A stretch of 27,824 nt of DNA, the filler included, from a bacterium (GTDB taxonomy: Bacteria > UBA9089 > CG2-30-40-21 > SBAY01), in the NCBI GenBank assembly GCA_040757115.1. It is 2 parts of 2 records of this genome, joined end to end, with 100 filler letters (N's around TTAATTAATTAA, not from the genome) between each part and the next. Parts side by side here need not be neighbours in the genome. Positions count along the whole stretch, not along the records: positions 13,987 to 27,824 come from JBFLYA010000099.1; 1 more part is not named here. One strand, written 5' to 3'. The position numbers were made by a program, and so were the translations under genes. Positions 24,274 to 27,824 of the stretch are shown piece after piece. The number at the start of each line of letters is the position of its first letter. The stretch's first letter is position 1. The notes beneath the pieces were generated by a model. That model was not told the DNA's origin. It searched no databases and saw nothing but the letters and a program-made list of their open reading frames with translations.

Positions 24274-25665
24274 ATGTTAAAAAAGATAACTTTTATTAGT
24301 TTAATCATTGGGATAGTATCAGTCACATCCATAAGTCTGGCACAACAGCCGATAGAGCAAGGTGGAACAGAGACAACCGCAGTTTTGGGTCCAACATTAC
24401 AATTTGCTACTAAAACGGGTGGAGGGATTCAATCTGCCATTGTCTTAGGGGATATAGATGGTGATGGAAAATTAGAAGTGGTTACTGCGGCTTTTGATCA
24501 AAATGTCTATGTCTTAAATGAAGATGGAAGTTTATTGCCTGGCTGGCCTGTAAAACTCCCTCAAGCCTGGCTTTTACGGTCATCTCCGGCTATTGGAGAT
24601 ATTAATAACGATGGGAATTTAGAGATAGTCATTGGAACATTAGAGGCAGAGGTCTATGCCCTGGATAAAACTGGTAAATCCATTCCTGGTTGGCCAGTAA
24701 AGGTTATGGGAGGAATCTTCTCCTCGCCTGCATTAGCTGATATTGACCAGGACAAAAAATTAGAAGTGATAATAGGCTCAATAGGTGAAGGAGAGGCGAT
24801 TTTTGTCTATGCCTTTAATGAAGATGGAACTATAGTTCCAGGTTGGCCGGCAAAGATTAATGCTACCACCTGGTCTTGTGCCAGCATAGGGGATATAGAT
24901 AAAAATGGTAAATTAGAAATAGCCGTAACGACTTGTAGTGGAAATACTTACCTCTGGGATAGAAAAGGGAAATTACTTTCTGATTGGCCTGTCCTCGCCG
25001 GTTTCTGGAATATTTCTTCTTCGGTATTTGGAAATATAGATAAGGATAAAAAATTAGAGATAATTGTAAGTTCAAATGATAAAAAGGTATATGCTTTTAA
25101 GACAAACGGAAAATTAGTTTCTGGCTGGCCTGTTCAAACTGACGGGGCAATTATCTCTTCTCCTGCATTAGGAGATATTGATGAAGATGGAGAGTTGGAG
25201 ATAATAATTGGTTCTGATGATAAAAAGGTATATGCCTTTAATGGAGATGGGAGTTTAGTTCAAGGTTGGCCTGTAACTTGCGGCGGAGGTATCCAGGCAT
25301 CTCCTATCCTGGGAGATATTGATAAAGATAGGAAAATAGAGATAATCGTTGGTTGCACAGATAAAAAGGTATATGCCTTCAATGGAGATGGAACATCGGT
25401 TACAGGATTTCCATTACAGACAGAAGGTGCCATCTTCTCAACTCCAGCATTAGGGAATATCGATGATGATGATGGGCTTGAATTAATTGTGGCATCATTT
25501 GATTCAAAGGTATATTGTTGGGATTTTGGACCAGGAACATACAATATCCCTCCAGATAAAGGGAAAAACAAGAAAAAGACAAATACCTCAAAATTATTAC
25601 CCTGGCCAATGTTTCAACATGATGAATGTCATACAGGAACACATCCGGGCATATCCTCCAGATAA
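24274..25665 (+). CDS. secreted FG-GAP/VCBS repeat beta-propeller protein
   Basis: Signal peptide; about 8 repeats of SSPALGDIDxDGxLEIIxGS...VYAFNxDG...GWPV; C-terminal WPMFQHD..HTG; RBS AGGAGG. Confidence 0.9.
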   Translation: MLKKITFISLIIGIVSVTSISLAQQPIEQGGTETTAVLGPTLQFATKTGGGIQSAIVLGDIDGDGKLEVVTAAFDQNVYVLNEDGSLLPGWPVKLPQAWLLRSSPAIGDINNDGNLEIVIGTLEAEVYALDKTGKSIPGWPVKVMGGIFSSPALADIDQDKKLEVIIGSIGEGEAIFVYAFNEDGTIVPGWPAKINATTWSCASIGDIDKNGKLEIAVTTCSGNTYLWDRKGKLLSDWPVLAGFWNISSSVFGNIDKDKKLEIIVSSNDKKVYAFKTNGKLVSGWPVQTDGAIISSPALGDIDEDGELEIIIGSDDKKVYAFNGDGSLVQGWPVTCGGGIQASPILGDIDKDRKIEIIVGCTDKKVYAFNGDGTSVTGFPLQTEGAIFSTPALGNIDDDDGLELIVASFDSKVYCWDFGPGTYNIPPDKGKNKKKTNTSKLLPWPMFQHDECHTGTHPGISSR

Positions 25666-25673
25666 CTATTTTG

Positions 25674-26006
25674 GTAAGCGTTCAGCCACAGAGGCACAGA
25701 GTTCACAGAGAATTAAGGAAATTAGCCACAAATGGACACGCATTATAGCACTTATTAATCGAAATTTGACATAGATAGGGCTATGAAATTCCAAATCACA
25801 AATTCCAAATTCCAAATAAATTCAAATAACCAAAATTCAAAACATTACCCCCATAGTTTGGTATTTAGGACTTGAAATTTGGTGCTTATTTGAGATTTGG
25901 TGCTTGGGATTTGGGATTTTTTTTACTTATCCACTCTGAGTAAAGTTTTGACTAATAACTGCTATATTCCCTCTGTGTTCTCTGTGGCTATATCCTGAAC
26001 GGTTAC
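25674..26006. mobile_element. GTAAGCGTTCAG / CTGAACGGTTAC element with a nested TATAGC-ended element (25744-25966)
   Basis: Outer arms AGCCACAGAG..CACAGAG / CTCTGTGTTCTCTGTGGCT; inner TATAGCACTTATTA...TAATAACTGCTATA around AAATTCC-type inverted heptamer arrays. Confidence 0.78.
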
Positions 26007-26162
26007 AAAAAATTGTAGTTATTGTCAGACACTACCAAAATTACAAGACATTAAATTCCATTTCGTGTCCTTCGTGCTGAATAGTTACAAATTAAGTAAA
26101 AAATAAGGTGACCATTTAGACGATTACAAAATAAGAAGTAATTGAACAGTTGCAAAAAATAT

Positions 26163-26191
26163 TTGCAATTCTATTATAAATATTGTATAAT
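26163..26191 (+). promoter_or_regulatory. sigma70 promoter of ATPase gene
   Basis: TTGCAA-17-TATAAT with TG extension; the -35 lies in the palindrome TTGCAAA-N5-TTTGCAA (26150-26168). Confidence 0.6.
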
Positions 26192-26228
26192 ATACGCAAT
26201 AACAATGCACATATTATAAGAGGCATCT

Positions 26229-27593
26229 ATGAACAAGGAATACTTGAAGAATGTAATTATTGACCAACAAAAAGACATTCTTGAGAAAATTATGAATACA
26301 AATGTCATATCCCGTGAAGGTGCGGATAGATGTGAAAGGTATATAAGATACCCGAATGTCTTGTTAATAACCGGGTTACGAAGAGCGGGTAAGTCATTTT
26401 TTGCCAGCCAGCTTGTGAAAAACAAAAAATATGCATATTTAAACTTTGATGATGAAAGATTGATTGAATTTAATATCCAGGATTTTAATCTTATTCTGGA
26501 ATGTTTTTATGAACTCTATCCTGATTTTGAGTATCTGTTATTTGACGAAATACAAAATGTAGGTGGCTGGGAACTCTTTGTCAGTAGATTAAGGGATAAA
26601 TACAAAATAATTATCACTGGTTCAAACGCAAATCTATTAAGTAAAGAAATGGCAACCCATTTGACAGGAAGATATAGTGATTTTGTCCTCTTTCCGATGA
26701 GTTTTAGAGAATACCTTGATTACAATAATGTTGGGATAATATCATCATATTCTACCACTGAGAGAAGTAAGATTACTTCATTCTTTGACAGATATGTTAA
26801 GGAAAGTAGTATTTTTGATTATTATAAATTCGGTAAGGAGTTTTTAAGAAATTTATGGGCTTCTGTAATTGTCAAGGATATCACTATTCGTTACAAGATA
26901 AAGTATCCTTCAGTGTTGGAGAAACTATCTGTTATGCTGATAAATTATTTTACATCTAAAATTTCTATTAGTAATCTAACCAGAAATCTAAAAGTAAAAA
27001 GTCCAAATACAGTGGCTGAATATATAAGGTATCTGGAAAACAGTTTTCTCGTTTTTACCTTAAATAAATTTTCATATAAAATCAAGGAACAGTTATCAAC
27101 ATTTAAAAAGATATATATTATGGACAATGGTTTTATTAATGCTATGATTTTTAATTTCAGTGAAAACAGAGGAAAACTCCTGGAAAACATTGTGGCTATT
27201 GAATTGAAGCGTAGAAGCATAAGAGACGATTTTGAAATATTTTACTGGAATAATTACTATGTAGAATGTGATTTTATAATAAAAAAGGGAAAACAAGTTA
27301 TTTCTGCATATCAGGTATGTTCTGAACTAAATATCAATAATAAGGAAAGAGAGATTAGCGGATTAACTGCGGTAATGAAAGAATTTGATTTAAAAAACGG
27401 CACGATTCTTACTGAATCAATGGAAGATGAAATATCAATAAACAGTTCTAAAATACAGGTAACACCGGTATGGAAATGGCTTTTGTCTGAATTTTCGATG
27501 GTGTCTGAAAATAACTCTAATAGTGAAATCTATGCAGATTTGGTGTCCAAAAGGGATTTCCTCCAAAGAGCAAAATGCAAAACTCGTTTATAG
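26229..27593 (+). CDS. AAA+ ATP-binding protein (AAA_14 + DUF4143)
   Basis: GLRRAGKS Walker A, LFDEIQN Walker B, ITGSN, LTGR, KKIYIMDNG, LENIV, ECDFI, PVWKWLL. Confidence 0.92.
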   Translation: MNKEYLKNVIIDQQKDILEKIMNTNVISREGADRCERYIRYPNVLLITGLRRAGKSFFASQLVKNKKYAYLNFDDERLIEFNIQDFNLILECFYELYPDFEYLLFDEIQNVGGWELFVSRLRDKYKIIITGSNANLLSKEMATHLTGRYSDFVLFPMSFREYLDYNNVGIISSYSTTERSKITSFFDRYVKESSIFDYYKFGKEFLRNLWASVIVKDITIRYKIKYPSVLEKLSVMLINYFTSKISISNLTRNLKVKSPNTVAEYIRYLENSFLVFTLNKFSYKIKEQLSTFKKIYIMDNGFINAMIFNFSENRGKLLENIVAIELKRRSIRDDFEIFYWNNYYVECDFIIKKGKQVISAYQVCSELNINNKEREISGLTAVMKEFDLKNGTILTESMEDEISINSSKIQVTPVWKWLLSEFSMVSENNSNSEIYADLVSKRDFLQRAKCKTRL

Positions 27594-27704
27594 TTTAGGG
27601 TTTATAGTGTATAGTTTATAGTTTATAGTGTATAGTTTATAGTGTATAGTTTATAGTCCTTCAACTATCAACTATAAACTATCAACTATAAACTATCAAC
27701 TATC
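27587..27704. repeat. inverted heptamer tandem arrays (TATAGTK)n / (AACTATM)n
   Basis: About 10 TATAGTT/TATAGTG units facing about 6 AACTATA/AACTATC units across a short spacer. Confidence 0.85.
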
Positions 27705-27755
27705 TTTGCCAAAGTTCAGTAAAATTATCTCTTTCCTTTCAGCGTTAAAATACTT

Positions 27756-27824
27756 GTAACTGTTCAGATAGTAATTCACCGCAGAGACGCAGAGAAACAG
27801 AAAGGAAAATATCTTTTTTTTCGT
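27756..27824. repeat. left end of another GTAA-N3-TTCAG element
   Basis: GTAACTGTTCAG then TTCACCGCAGAGACGCAGAG, as at 17974-18008. Confidence 0.65.

Noticed and set aside
24274-25665. Internal DNA repeats (GATAAAAAGGTATATGC) as a mobile or DGR signal
   Set aside because: They are explained by the FG-GAP protein repeats.
19933-27296. Short antisense or alternate-frame ORFs inside fapA, the membrane gene, the FG-GAP gene and the ATPase
   Set aside because: They lie within or largely overlap longer well-supported genes and have no recognisable motifs.

Overview
The window is two sequences joined by an artificial 100-bp linker (44 N + TTAATTAATTAA + 44 N, 13887-13986), so the halves are not necessarily adjacent in the genome. 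LEFT (1-13886): an integron gene-cassette array on the minus strand with 15 attC-type sites. Nine are ~132-bp family members, one is a 139-bp variant, two are short foreign 59-63-bp sites, and three are damaged (interrupted, chimeric or truncated). No integrase is visible; intI would be expected beyond the contig end. Cargo is dominated by toxin-antitoxin pairs (RelE, PIN, DUF4160/DUF2442, MNT-HEPN, YafQ-like, two BrnT-type), plus a GmrSD-like DUF262/DUF1524 nuclease, a CreD-family gene, a GxxExxY gene and hypotheticals. The most unusual feature is that 8 attC sites carry the same ~90-bp tail. Its outer end is hypervariable and is joined to unrelated sequences, once directly into another attC and once through a stuttered junction, as if attC+tail were a reusable cassette-building module. 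The array also holds two attI-like simple sites, a 60-bp group II intron-like scar in one attC, and ORF-less cassettes. RIGHT (13987-27824): AT-rich chromosomal genes (nucleotidyltransferase pair, hdrC-hdrB, MFS, tandem FapA/DUF342, membrane protein, PorV-like, FG-GAP protein, AAA/DUF4143 ATPase). Their intergenic spaces are filled with nested small elements: GTAA-N3-TTCAG inverted ends (11 copies), TATAGC-ended elements with different cargo, heptamer/nonamer inverted arrays and internally deleted four-helix-bundle genes. A palindromic element is also inserted in frame in hdrB. All family assignments come from motif recognition by eye, not database searches.
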